Source: Amoeboaphelidium protococcarum X5 (lineage: Eukaryota > Fungi > Aphelidiomycota). From it: a stretch of 64,000 nt of DNA. A program made the position numbers and the translations under genes. Below, in pieces: positions 1 through 12,000 of this stretch. How positions within the stretch are numbered: position 1 is the stretch's first letter; each line of letters begins with the position of its first letter. The DNA lies in NCBI GenBank assembly GCA_023515725.1, contig JALDTO010000251.1, positions 558,001 to 622,000 on the forward strand, in the 5' to 3' direction. Under the pieces are notes generated by a model. The model did not search any database. It saw only the letters and a list, made by a program, of their open reading frames with translations, and had not been told where the DNA came from.

Positions 1-165
1 TCTTTAGTCATTCAGTACTGTACAGGACAAAGTGAAAGTTTATGCTGAGATAAGGTGAAACGGAAACACGCGCGTTATCGCCTTAGAAACGAGTTCTGCA
101 TACTGTAGAAAGAAGTACTGTACGTAACTGACGTATTATATACAACTGTTATCACGGTAGGGACT

Positions 166-549
166 TCACATAAACAATTTGGGATACTTTTCAATTGCTG
201 TCACCAAGTCTTGATTGTACAGCTTCAGATCTACACATTATAAGACGGTTGCATAAGTTCAATGTTGCAACCCACGATTTATATAAATACCAAAGTTGTC
301 AGAGAATGGAGTAATGACCATTTCCTGGACAGAGAAATCTGGCTTCACCTGCCCCAGTACTTCAATAATAGCATTATCCGCGCAGTTGTATGGATTCTGC
401 AGATTTATCTTCATCTGGCCATTGTTTGCGTCTTCTAATTACAAATTGAGTTGTGAATTCTAATTGCTTACCACTCTGCCAACTACTCTTACACGCTAGT
501 TGACATAGTTGCGCACGTTAGAGGTGGTTATTCTAGGTGTTTTCTCCAT
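166..549 (-). CDS. RPA3: Replication protein A 14 kDa subunit; one 60-nt intron (231-290)
   Basis: Table-6 translation MEKTPRITTSNVRNYVNQRVRVVGRV...IIEVLGQVKPDFSV...SDNF|DLKLYNQDLVTAIEKYPKLFM* fits the RPA14 OB fold. Removing the GT..TGTAG intron removes an in-frame TGA. Not present in the ORF track. Confidence 0.85.
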
Positions 550-909
550 TTCAAATGATGTCTTTGAGAATTATAGTGGAAGAACAAGAGAGTTTCGCTG
601 AATGAGCTAGAAAAAAGACGAAAGATCTCTGCAGGTTGTTTTACAAGTCTTACGCGTGTTTGAAAAGATCTAAGAATTCACTATGTATTGAAGTTTTTCA
701 TTGCTTAATGTTCTAGATGGTGTACATAACTGGCAGACAACTCATGTCCAGTCACGACAAACTGACTAAGATTGATTGACACATCAGCGCGTGTTGATGG
801 CAGTGATGAGTCTGAAGCGATACATCATTCTGCTTAAAAGCTCAAAATATTGATATATGTTCTTCATTCTCAACATTTTGATAACTGAAATCAATCATAA
901 TTTTTAAAC

Positions 910-1773
910 ATGAAAGTCTTGTTGAATTTTCTAATCGGTGGGTGCGCAGCTTCATTCTTCAAAGGTGGCTTTGACATGTTTGGGAAGGAGCGCGATGAAG
1001 TCGACTTTTCAAGATTCTGCTCCTCTGGTGTCCTTGAAGTGAACTACTGGCACAGAGAGCGTCAACGTGATTCTCTGTCTTTTGAGGAATATGAAGGTGA
1101 ATAGCGTGAATTCTCAGCTGCAGTTGAAGATGACATCCAGGTGGAGACTTTATCCAGAATGGGATTCAGTAAAGTGAAAAATGGTAATCGTTTCAAGATG
1201 GATTTGTATCCGCTGAGTGATCTGGAGGATACTCCAGACTCTGATCTCCTTGCGCAAGGTCGTCGCCATTTGAGAATTGCTCCTATGGTAGTCATTGGAC
1301 ACGACAAGGACGTGTTTGTTCTGGAAGAAGGTGTGTTACAGCGCGGCAAGGGTGATCAAAGACGTCAGTTGGTCAAATGCACCAGATATCGACAAGAACC
1401 TCAGAAAAAGATTGAACTTGGCCGTTCACGCCTTCATGGTTTAACTTTCGAAAATAATAGGCTTTGTTTGAAGTACAGCGACGTCCTGCCTCACCGCTCA
1501 AAGAACGACAAATGTCAAATCCGGGAGAGTGACCTCTACATGGACCCATTCACCAAGCATGTCATGGAAATGTCTGCTCTGGGACGCGTCTACTCTTGTA
1601 ACTTTGCAATGTCTGCCGTATTTCATGAGTGGTCCTGGGACGTGTCTAATAAGCATGATTAAATGAAGTTACGCCTGCCGCATGATGTGTCTGAACTGTG
1701 TCGTGAGGGAAATCTGGCAGATGAAAGTAATCGCCATCACGCCGTTGTTGTTTAAATGGCCCAGATGGTGTGA
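910..1773 (+). CDS. Hypothetical 287-aa protein, possible N-terminal signal peptide
   Basis: Track ORFs 910-1104 and 1141-1662 are in one frame, joined through TAG/TAA, with TGA at 1771-1773. N-terminus MKVLLNFLIGGCAAS is hydrophobic. No family recognised. Confidence 0.55.
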
Positions 1774-2179
1774 TAAGGACCGCTGTATCATTGCTGGTAT
1801 TGTCTCATTGCTTCCAAGACTTAATGATTGATTAATGTATGAATAAAAGTTTTGCATTTTACTATATTAATCGTTAAATGCTCTCTCTTCTGCTGTTATA
1901 CTGAAAGTGCGGCAGTTGTCCGATGTATCGTCTAGTGCTAAGCCAAATAAGAAAGGCAAATTATCATGAAATAATCTCTTCAGTAGCAATTTAACGGTGT
2001 TAGTAACTTTTCTGATCAAATTAGAAACTTGTCTACGAATTTCTAAGACTCTTTGCTAGTAATCTTACGCCTTATCTAAAGTTGCTTAGAACATCGAAAC
2101 ACAGTACAGTATTCACGCATTTTGCCTTACACCTTGTCGAAACGTTGTTAGCATACGAGACGCGCTCTAACTATGCTTC

Positions 2180-3057
2180 CATGCACCTTTAATGCGTAAA
2201 TATTGACTTTTTAATCTGCTCAGACTCACAACAGAAACCGAGGTGTTTGGCATGCTTGTACTTCAGCAACATGTCAAACCATTTTCTCCATGTTGATAGT
2301 GATATGATTTTGACATTTTACGCTATGCTACCTCGCCATATTAAATGTTAGTTTTCCCAAGCCTGCACCATCTTCCATCGCAACGCAGGAGGGCGACAGG
2401 CTGAATAGATAGCAGATTCGATTAATGTCGATATTCCTGCAATTTTTAGTGGCAAACTAAACGAGCCAGACTCTGGAGCAATGATAATCCAGCCCTTGGG
2501 AATTTCAGGATAATTGATGACACTATCCTCAAAGTTTACAACAATCAACACGTCAGCCGCCGACAAACTTTAACTGAGTATTCATTGATTGTCGCGTCTC
2601 TGACAGGCTTTCCAGAATGAAGGCGGTTGGAATTGATAGCCGATACAGCTTGAAAGAACTGGCGAATGAGGCCTTGACCAAAGCGCAAATCAGGGATTTC
2701 ACAGCCTTACTCTAACATCCAGATGACGTCGCAATATTGAGGAATCTACTGGCCTCGCAATGAATGTCAGTACATCTGGCCACAGAATCCATAATGATAA
2801 GACTCAACTCCTGATGTAACCAATGTGGCAACAAACCGCATGTTTACAGTGCTTGTCCTGGTCTATTGGTGATGAAGTGGATCAGGACCATCCCGCATGT
2901 ATTTCAAACGCGGCTTATACAGAGGACATTTCTTGCTTGATATCCTTTAATGATCAGTGCCGCCGCACTTGCATCTCAGCGGAGATCCAGTTCTCTTGAT
3001 ATTGAAGGATGGATTTGCATTTGTGCTCTTTTAAGAGGACTCAGTAACACACCGCAT
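2180..3057 (-). pseudogene. Frameshifted N-terminal relic of a Fanzor1 (eukaryotic TnpB)-like protein
   Basis: Across several frameshifts it reads CKCGGTDHQRISSKKCPLY...STV/CGLLPHWLHQELSLIIMDSVARCTDIHCEASRFLN/VIWMLEQGCEIPDLRFGQGLIRQFFQAVS...YSACRP/DGAGLGKLTFNMARQHSVKCQNHITINMEK. This resembles the Fanzor1 WED/REC region as I recall it. No RuvC half is present. Confidence 0.6.
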
Positions 3058-4110
3058 GATTCTAGGCGCACATTGTTGCGCAGTTAGGCTGAAACAACTT
3101 GACGCGTTGCAAAGTAGATCCAAGTAGTTTATATCATCAGCCTACTAAACTAAATATCGCAGATTAGATAAAAGGACTAACTGCACCATCTTTTTACAAA
3201 CTACAGTATATATGACATGGGAAGAGAGAGAGAGATAGACGTAAAGATAGATCTCCTAGCACCTCTTTACGTCTTTCTACATAAATTCATCCCACGAACC
3301 GATGGATTAAGGTGATGCTATTGCTTGCTTGAGCTCACCTCTTGTAAGCATCGGAGGTAGCTGGCTCAGCACCATTTCCATCTCCCATATGGCGTCCGGC
3401 AAGTATACATCAATATTAGCATTGCTAGTAATCGCTGCCTAAAACAAATATATTCTGGCCTAACATCTTACTATAAAGGATTACGGGAGGCTTAGACTTG
3501 CCACTCCAGCTGCTTGTCTGCCTCCATAGCAAAGTTCTTAATTGGCTTGTCCAGCTTCAACCTGCGCACAAATGGTGGGTAAACAAACTCTATCCCAATG
3601 TCTGAGGGCATTACCACCTTTTGCAACTTCAGTGCTGCTTAGTACTGCTCACTTTCCTTCCACCGTACTTTTCAGCTGTCTCCGTGCTGCTTCATTGTTA
3701 GTCTGGATTACCTCAGCGTTTTTACAGTCGAAAACAACGAGTTTCTAGACAACACCATTGGACGACGTTTGTTTACGTGAGCGGCTCGTACAAACAGTAC
3801 GTGCAGAGACACGGGAACTCTTTTTCCAGAGATACTTTATTCAAATGCTTAAATTTACTTACTACACAAGAAAACCGTGGCGGCTTCGACGCGGACTCGT
3901 TCGCCAACGTGACGCCTCAATCTCCAGAACATGCGAACCCGGCAGGCCATCAAACATAAATAAGACAACCTCCCTAACCATTAAAGATAATCAATAAGCT
4001 AATTAAACTTGTTACGATTAGAATAAGTTGTACAGTATGACATTTACAATTGCAAGTGAGCATCGCTAAGATGTATGCTTTAAATTCACTGTAAATCTAT
4101 TCATTCAAAT

Positions 4111-5007
4111 TCAAAACATCAAAGCCAGGAGAGCAACTAGAGACATTGAGGCCCATGCAGCTAGCAGGTGACGTTAAGCACTGCTCGTCACACTGTTTGG
4201 TCCTTACACGCCATTTCCACCGGATGTTGGTGGTGGAGATCCAGAGCCACCTCCGTTAACACCATTGCTCTTGCGATAAGCATCTGCTGACAGACACATG
4301 TCCAAGCGAACAATATTGTACTAATAGTTCTTGATGTACTTGACAGTCTCGACCACGTTGGTAGCGTTGGAGTAGAACTGTGACAAGTCGTGATGCAAAG
4401 AGACATAACGACCAAGACCCGGACCAACCTGACTAAACTGCTCGCTGTATGCACCGATCATCTGCGACAGGCCAGTAGCTGGGTCCAAATTATAATCGTT
4501 AGTATCCACGTTCCACTCGGTAACAATCATACCCAGAGTGTTGGCAATCTTGACGTGATTAGCATTATACTGACCAGCAGGCAGACGCAAATACTTTGGA
4601 TAAGCCTGAATAACAGTAAACAACTTGTTAGATTCAGTCAACAGCGTGGCCTAGAATGCACTCTCGGACATTGCTGACGGATCCATCGTGGTTGGGAAGC
4701 GCAAACCAATCAAGTGACCATTTCTGTAAGCAGTTTGGATGTTAGTTACAGAAGCAACATTATCCAAATACTTGGTCACGACGTGGAAAGTCACAGAGAT
4801 GTTGACTTGAGCCAGAGCTTGCAAGACAGATGGAGTGAGAGGAGAGGGGCCTTCATCAAAAGTCAATGACACCAGACCAGCCTTGGTGCAATAGTTGGGT
4901 GCCAGAGCTTGACGTCTCATGCGATTGACAACTTCAGGATCATTGATCAGGAAGTAGCCAAACGCTATCAAAGTAAACGCGACAGTTGCACGAAAGTAGT
5001 TGAACAT
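4111..5007 (-). CDS. Polysaccharide deacetylase (CE4/NodB) domain protein, probably inactive, with GPI-anchor-like C-terminus
   Basis: TFDEGP motif 1, GHLIGLRF in place of H(S/T)xxH, LRLPAG, EWNVDTNDY and LHHD. N-terminal hydrophobic segment, G/S/P linker and hydrophobic tail. TGA at 4111-4113. Confidence 0.85.
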
Positions 5008-5217
5008 TTGTATTTTACTTCACTACTACTAATACGACTACTAACTTGAAATTCGTTATCGTTAAGATGAAAAGAAGTTGTTCAAACCGGCAACTAAAGG
5101 CATTAAACTTTGCAATGCTCTTTTGTGATTGGTTGACAATCCCGCCGTAATATCTGCAATTAGTTGGCATTAGCGACCAAGTTGAGTAAAATGATACCCC
5201 GAGTTAATATAAAGGAC

Positions 5218-7524
5218 TCATTATAGCTGTTCATAAAACATCATTCTCCATAGTCTGCCAGTTTAATCCCCCATCACAAGTTGAAAATCATCAAACTCCA
5301 TGCTGGTGGCCATTACAGGAAGATTTCGTTTGTCAAACGCTCGGTACTCTTACGGCATCATCGTCTACCACAAATCCTTGAGTGATCGACCATCTTTTGA
5401 TACATGTTTGACTACACGTTAATTTACATAAAAAATCAGAACAAATATTTTACAAAGACAGTATATAGATTACCAATAATTTTGCCAGAGAAAGTTGTGT
5501 AGACCAAACGATGCGAACTCAAAGCCTTGATCCATTGCATTTGAGCACATTTAATTACATGTCCATCTGATACAGTGTAAACGCACGTTCCATCCTAAAT
5601 ACTCCAAACTACAATACCCATTCATGGCATGTAATATACAGTACCGACATTTATAAAATATTTTACCTTTCAAAGTTTTATCCATGGATGTGCTAACCAA
5701 GAGTTAATCATTTGACACACTAAGGGAGACGATAGTATCGCAGTGTCCAGAGAACGTCCGCAAGCACTTCATAGTGTTCAAATCATACATCTAAATTACA
5801 TTCTAAGATCCACCGACAAATGCAAACTTATCGCAGCATTCGAGACTGAATACTCCTTACTTCTACGCAAGGATATCAAACTACTTAACAATCTACATCA
5901 ATTAAGGATTCTATTAAAATTCTGTCGCTTTCCCACTCCTCATTATGGACCATTTCACAACACGTCCATCGAATCCACAAGTAATAAATCGCGGACATCT
6001 CGCCATAATATCTCCATTCCCATCCAAAGTTTCATTGGATTCTGAATGACATCGAATAAATTACAAACAGCTCACACCATCTATATGAACCCTTTCCTTG
6101 TATGCCAGCTACTTACCGTGCAGACAAGAGTAAATACCTACATCGCCATTACGAAAGCCGGCAACTATTAGATTATCCATCACATCGAAAACATACACAG
6201 CACTAAGAATCTCTTAATCAGAAAATTGATTCTCTTGATCAACATTCCATGCTCGTTCAAAGGGTGCACTAATTTCGAATTGTGTGGTTTTATCATCCAA
6301 CTGCCAAAGACGTAACTTACCGCCGCGACAAGAGGTGTAACAATATTCTCCATCCAATTTCAGGTGATGGATTACATATCTATGAGCGGGATCAGTCTTG
6401 ACCAGTTCCACCATTTTATGTGTCTCTTGAGTCTGCGATTATAGAAAAGCCTGTGCACCGGAAGATAATTTAACGACTGAGGAACTTCGATGACGCGGAC
6501 GAGGTAGACCAGCACGGCCACCAAGACCCAGACTGCCTTCTCGCCGATGTTGGGATGATTATCTTTCATGAGATGACTGCTAAGAAGACTGTTACTAAAG
6601 CGATTACTATTATTAGAGAGGCATATGTGCAGACTTGGACTATTCATGACCCGGCTGAGGTGCTCTAACCAGAGTCTCATGTCCAATTTAAGTCATTCGG
6701 AACTGGCCTATCATCCACAACTTGTTTGCTTTATAATGCGCTGCGTAGATATTCTTCCACAGTAATCTTCCGCTACTCTCGCTACCTAATGCGCTGGCAT
6801 CAATATCTGAACTTTGAAAATCATTAGTAACATGTTTAGGTAGATAAGCTATCGAGTGCCAGCCTTAACTGACGCAGCGATCAAACCATAAAGCATTATC
6901 ATTTGCCAGCTGATGATAATTCAAAGATACTTGTGATAAAGCGCAAAGAGATTTGTCATCCAAATGGTTGAGTATCAATCGCGTCAAACCAACAGGTAAT
7001 AACGTGAGAATAGATGGGACTGGTGGTGACGGGTATTATAATCGCGCAGTCAGCTTTCTACCAGCGCAACTCGTCAACAAAGGTTAAGATTGCGTAGAGT
7101 TGGACGACTAAATATCTGTTATCTGCCTCTGATCCAGCGAAACATCTTTAGATCGAGATAAGGAATTAGCTTTAGTTCTATCTCTCCCTGCACCGGATCC
7201 AACAGTTCTATTCAGCGTTTTCCTAATCCTGTCTGATAGAGTTCTTTGCGACTAGTAAGCATCTCCTTCTTGCTACTCCTTGGGTTCTTCAATAGAATAT
7301 TGGCTATTCGAATTGATCAGATTACTAGTTGCAGCGGATTCATACTTGAGTGCATTAATGATACTATTGTTATCCTGAGTTAAGCGAGGCTTGATATGAT
7401 TTTAACCTTCACGTTGACTATTCGACTTTTGAGATGATGTTACCGGCAACGGTGGAAGCGATTTATATTTCAAATCTTAAGATACTCTTCTGTCCATATT
7501 ATCGACAATCTGTTAACTTGACAT
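5218..7524 (-). CDS. F-box/WD40-repeat protein; introns 5609-5666 and 5412-5473
   Basis: F-box ILTLLPVGLTRLILNHLDDKSLCALSQVSLNYHQLANDNALW. WD40 repeat RTFSGHCDTIVSL...STSMDKTLK|VWSI is restored by splicing. Confidence 0.8.
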
Positions 7525-7849
7525 TATTCTTGAAAATTATCAATTGTAAAGACGCAGAATAGAAAGACAATGCGGAGTGAAACAGAGGGAAAATTGTTTC
7601 AGGACTTAAAACTGAGCACTGGCCGCGTCAGATCTGAAACAACATTATGAGCAAAGTCAGAAAAACATCACCCTTGCAAATGGTAAGCTTAGATTGAGTG
7701 AGCGCGATCCGTGTTGATGAACAATTGAAGCGATGAACGATAAGCTTCGATTGGAAAATGCATCAAAACCACTCCCTTCCTTATCTGTAAATTGTTGAGG
7801 AAGAAATAACTCAAAAAAATATAAACTATCGACGTCCGATTGATACAAA

Positions 7850-8779
7850 ATGGCTGAAGCAGTGCACAGGTAGATGGAGTTTATGGTCCCAGAGATGAGG
7901 GAGTTCTAAGAAAAGGGCCTATTCAGTGAAGATGAAGTGCAGATGATCGTGTAGAAGCGACGCGACTTTGAGTACTCCATCGCGAAAACTTCCGTTTCTA
8001 GACTGGATTTTCTGAATTATATCGAGTTTGAAATCAATCTGGAGAAGCTGAGATTGAAAAGAAAGTCGCGTCTCAATATCAAAGGGAAGAAGAGTCTCAC
8101 GGATTACAGTATAATCACTCATGTGCAGCGATTATTTGAAAAAGCGTGTCTCCGATTTCCTCATGATATCTCAATGTGGCTATCATATATTGAATTTTGT
8201 AAATGGAGCAAAAGCTACCACGTACTGAGTCGTGCATTTGCTAAAGCTATTCAATTTAATCCTCGCTGCCATCTCGTGTGGATCGCTGCTGCAAAGCATG
8301 AATGGGATTACATGTCTAATATTACGGCTTGTCGAATTATATTCCTCAGAGCCTTGAGACTTTGTGCACACGAGTCTCTTCTTTGGTCAGAATACTTTCG
8401 CATGGAGTTGTTGTTCTATGTAAAGTTGCAGCAGAGAAAACGCGTCTTGTTCTCCACTGGTGATGTCGAATTGTCACCTTCCAGTCAGCAGGTTGATAAT
8501 CAAGCTCAGGGAGTAGACTTGAATCAACTTCCTGGTGGATAAGTACAATAATAGGAAACTGAGAATGAGGATGATGCCAGATATTTTAGCGGCGATCTAT
8601 TCGAGATTATCATTAATAATGCCCACAATCAGGTTGTCGGAGATAAGCTCAAACTCTAGCAAAGTCTTTAAGATATAGTCGATTCTGTGGTGAACAAGTT
8701 TTAGTTTCTGCGCGATGATCCGGCTTTTATGAAGATTAATGCTTTGCTGTAACAGAAAATTAAAGAAAATGACAGCTGA
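7850..8779 (+). CDS. UTP6: U3 snoRNA-associated protein 6 (HAT repeats)
   Basis: MAEAVHRQMEFMVPEM...GLFSEDEVQMIVQKRRDFEY...FLNYIEFEINLEKLR, followed by HAT repeats (WIAAAKHEW, LWSEYFRMEL). Confidence 0.9.
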
Positions 8780-9016
8780 AATAAATATGCCTTTGTTCTC
8801 CTCTACTGTGCAGGTGTTTAGTGTTGTGTTTCATTCTCTCTCTCTGACGCGTTCTCGCTTTATCGAGTTTTAAGAGCCGCGCGGCTAAAATTCGTTTCAT
8901 CCCGGTCATTTCAGTGTCAACTCTTGACTATTGTTGCTCAATCATTTATTACAAGACAGCTTTTGGTCCTTATATTCCATTAAATTAAATAAATTGCATA
9001 TTGTTGATTTAGTTAA

Positions 9017-12000
9017 ATGCCTGGCCTGGAATTTATGTCTCTTCCGCAAGAGGCATAGGATGAGTTTAATATTTTGGGTAAGTTGCAACTGTCTGGCCTT
9101 ATTAAATTCCATTTTCATTTCATTATTACAGAGTGTAGAGGTGGAACTGGCCGAAGGAGACATCACATAGAAAGGTTATGAAAAGAAAAAGTAGTCATTG
9201 ATAAGTAAATATGGTTTGGACTCTGTGAAATAGGATTAGAGTCCTTCTCTGGGTGAGAGAAGAATGTCATCAATCCTTGAATTGAAGGCTGGAAGCTTGG
9301 CCAGTGTTGAACATGTGATGAAAGCATTTGAAACGTCGATAACACCTCCACCTGCTATCACTAATAGTTAGGCTAAGATGGTTAAAGATGATTCTCAAGC
9401 ACGTATTGGTGAGTAGCCATTGCAATAGAACACTGTTCCGGAGAAGCCTGCCAAGTTGAAGAAGAAGCAGTTTAATGATAAAACGTTGATGGTTAGAAGT
9501 TTACTACCTAAATAATCAGTTACTGGTAATAGTAGTAATAATAAGGAGGAACATATTGAATGGCCGCAGAGAAGAGCTAAACTTCCAGAAAGTATGCAGA
9601 AGCATTAAGATGATTTTGAGGATATGAATCTACAGTAGATGCAAAGCTCTCTTTCTCAAATATATTCTAGGCCTACTGCATATAATATCTTTGGAGGTAG
9701 CTCTTATTCACTCAAGTCTGTCTAGTCTTTTAGTGCTCCCGAGACTCCTACTAACGGTGAAGCTCAGTAGAGTCTATCAGTAAAATTACCCGCTCCATCT
9801 CCGTTGGCATCTAAAGGTGGAAGTATTGTATCATCCTCATCTCATCATTCTCTGGATGCTGATCAGCGTTCACCGTCGATCTCCTCCATCGAGTAGTTGG
9901 ATAAAGCTGCTTCCGGGAGCTCTCATGGTGATTAATTGGTCTAGTTTGTAAATAAATCAGAAGTATAGCATCGAAAGTTTGATCAGTTTGGAACCATCAG
10001 TCGTAAGTTGGTCAACATTATGGCGAATAAAGCTCCAAAGTAACAAGTTTAAAAGTAGAGATTATAGCCTCTATCTTAGCCTGCGTCTCCGGTTGATGCA
10101 TCATCGTTCGTCGACAACAGGAAAGTTGCTGTAAAGAGTAAGGATGCTAACATTGATCAAGATCTGTCATCTTTTAAAAGTTTGGCTCAGATATTGAGGG
10201 CGAGATCAATGTCAGATGGTAAGTAGGTTGCATTTGCTTACGTTGATCACAAAGGCAAAGAGCATAATCAGCTCACGTTTGAAAAGCTTTATGGTCGTGT
10301 GTTGAAAGTTGCAAGTGTGCTTACGGAAAAGTATTAGTTAAAGAGGCAGGAGAAGGTTGCCCTGCTTTTCCGAAAAGGTGAGCTAGCAGAGTTTGTAGTG
10401 TCCATGGCAGCTTGTTCAGCAATTAATGTCGTGGCAGTGCCTATTGTGTCTAATCCGTATTCCGACCAAGTGGTTGAGCTCTTGTCTATAATGAAAGAGA
10501 ATGATTGCAAAGTCATGTTAACCACCGACTCTGATTATCGTATATTGTCAAAAGAACTTGCACATAGGAAGCTGAAATTTCCGAGTAGTATTTATGTAAT
10601 GAAGACCAACGAATATGGTAGTATTACTGGCAAGAAGGCCTAGTAGTTCATTATTGACCTGCCTCAATAGGATGATATATTCTACATTGAGTATGGTGTA
10701 TCCGCCTTTGGTAATTTAAATGGAGTATTGATTCCTCATAAGACTATAATGTGGTAGACTCTAATGCTAAAGGCATAGAATTAGTTACAGCCTAAGGATG
10801 TTTTCATTAATTATCTTGATTATCGTTAAGGTCCTGGAATGATTATGGGTATATTTCTACCCGTATTTTGTGGCTCTGCTTCTTTTTCAGTGTCAGCGTC
10901 CCTTGATGAAGCCAGTGAACTGCTTTTGATGTAGCTTTGCAAGAAGCATCATGGAACTGTAGTCTTGTGTAATAGTGTTTATTTAGAACATCTTTTGGTA
11001 TTACTGGACAGTTAGACTGCTGATAAACTAAAGAGAATTTCAAAGGCCGACCTGGCGAAGTCGTTAAACTCTGTTAAATTGCTGGCTATCTGCGACCCAT
11101 CTCCATATGTTAGGCCAAATGTCAATCTTCAAAAGAATGTTGTCAAAGCATTTGGATAGTTTTAGTTTCCAAAGGACGCAAACTTGACGCCTGTGAGTTC
11201 TATTAGTGAAATCGGAGGCTTAGTGGTGGCGATGAAATCTGTTGAGGATAAGAGTGTGGATTCTACTCCTCTTGGTATTGCTTTAAGTAGTCTTGATTTC
11301 GATATTATCAAGTATTATGATGGATCTGACTGCATTAAAGTTGCTGATTCTGGATGTATTCTGCCCGGTTTGCGGTGTGCCATAGTCGATACGTCGGAAG
11401 ATTGCAACAAAGTGGTGTCAGAAATGCGAGTGGGAGAGCTGTGGGTCAGCGGTGATTGTCTCCCGTTTGCATTTTATAAGAACTCTGTCGCCACAACTCA
11501 CACCTTCAATGCCCAAATGGCTTTGTCGGGTGCAGAAGGCCTCTTTACTCGTACAGGTTTGTATGGTTTCATGAAAGATGGTAAATTCTACAGTATCGGA
11601 TGTGTTGGTGAAAGACTGGAGCTTATGGATTCGGATGGAGCGCCTCGTCATCATTATAGTTTTGATATTAATCAGGCAGTGGTGAAGAGTTTTGGAGTTG
11701 TTGAATAGTGTGTATCATTTCCTATTTATTTAAATGATGAAGAGTTGTGTGTTATCGTCTGCGAAGTTTCCCCTCATACTGGTAAGATTGAACTGTAAAA
11801 TTACGGTACAAAGATTGCTGACTTTCTGCGATAATAATGCAATATCAATGTTTATCTGGTTGTCTTTTGTGCATAAAAGTCACTCCCTTGCAATGTTGAT
11901 AAGAGTGTTAATGTTCATCAGACTCGTAAAATGATCGATGTTGGTCTGCTTGATATCATTGTATTTCATTTGAATCTGGAGAATTCTGTTTAGCGTTTAC

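Noticed and set aside
650-795. ACGCGT (MCB-like) sites upstream of RPA3
   Set aside because: The same hexamer occurs near many unrelated genes in the window, so specificity cannot be claimed.
3260-3860. Frameshifted minus-strand coding-like stretch, possibly a retrotransposon gag relic (…SIGSWDEFMQK)
   Set aside because: No diagnostic motif, LTR or pol sequence. Too weak to call.
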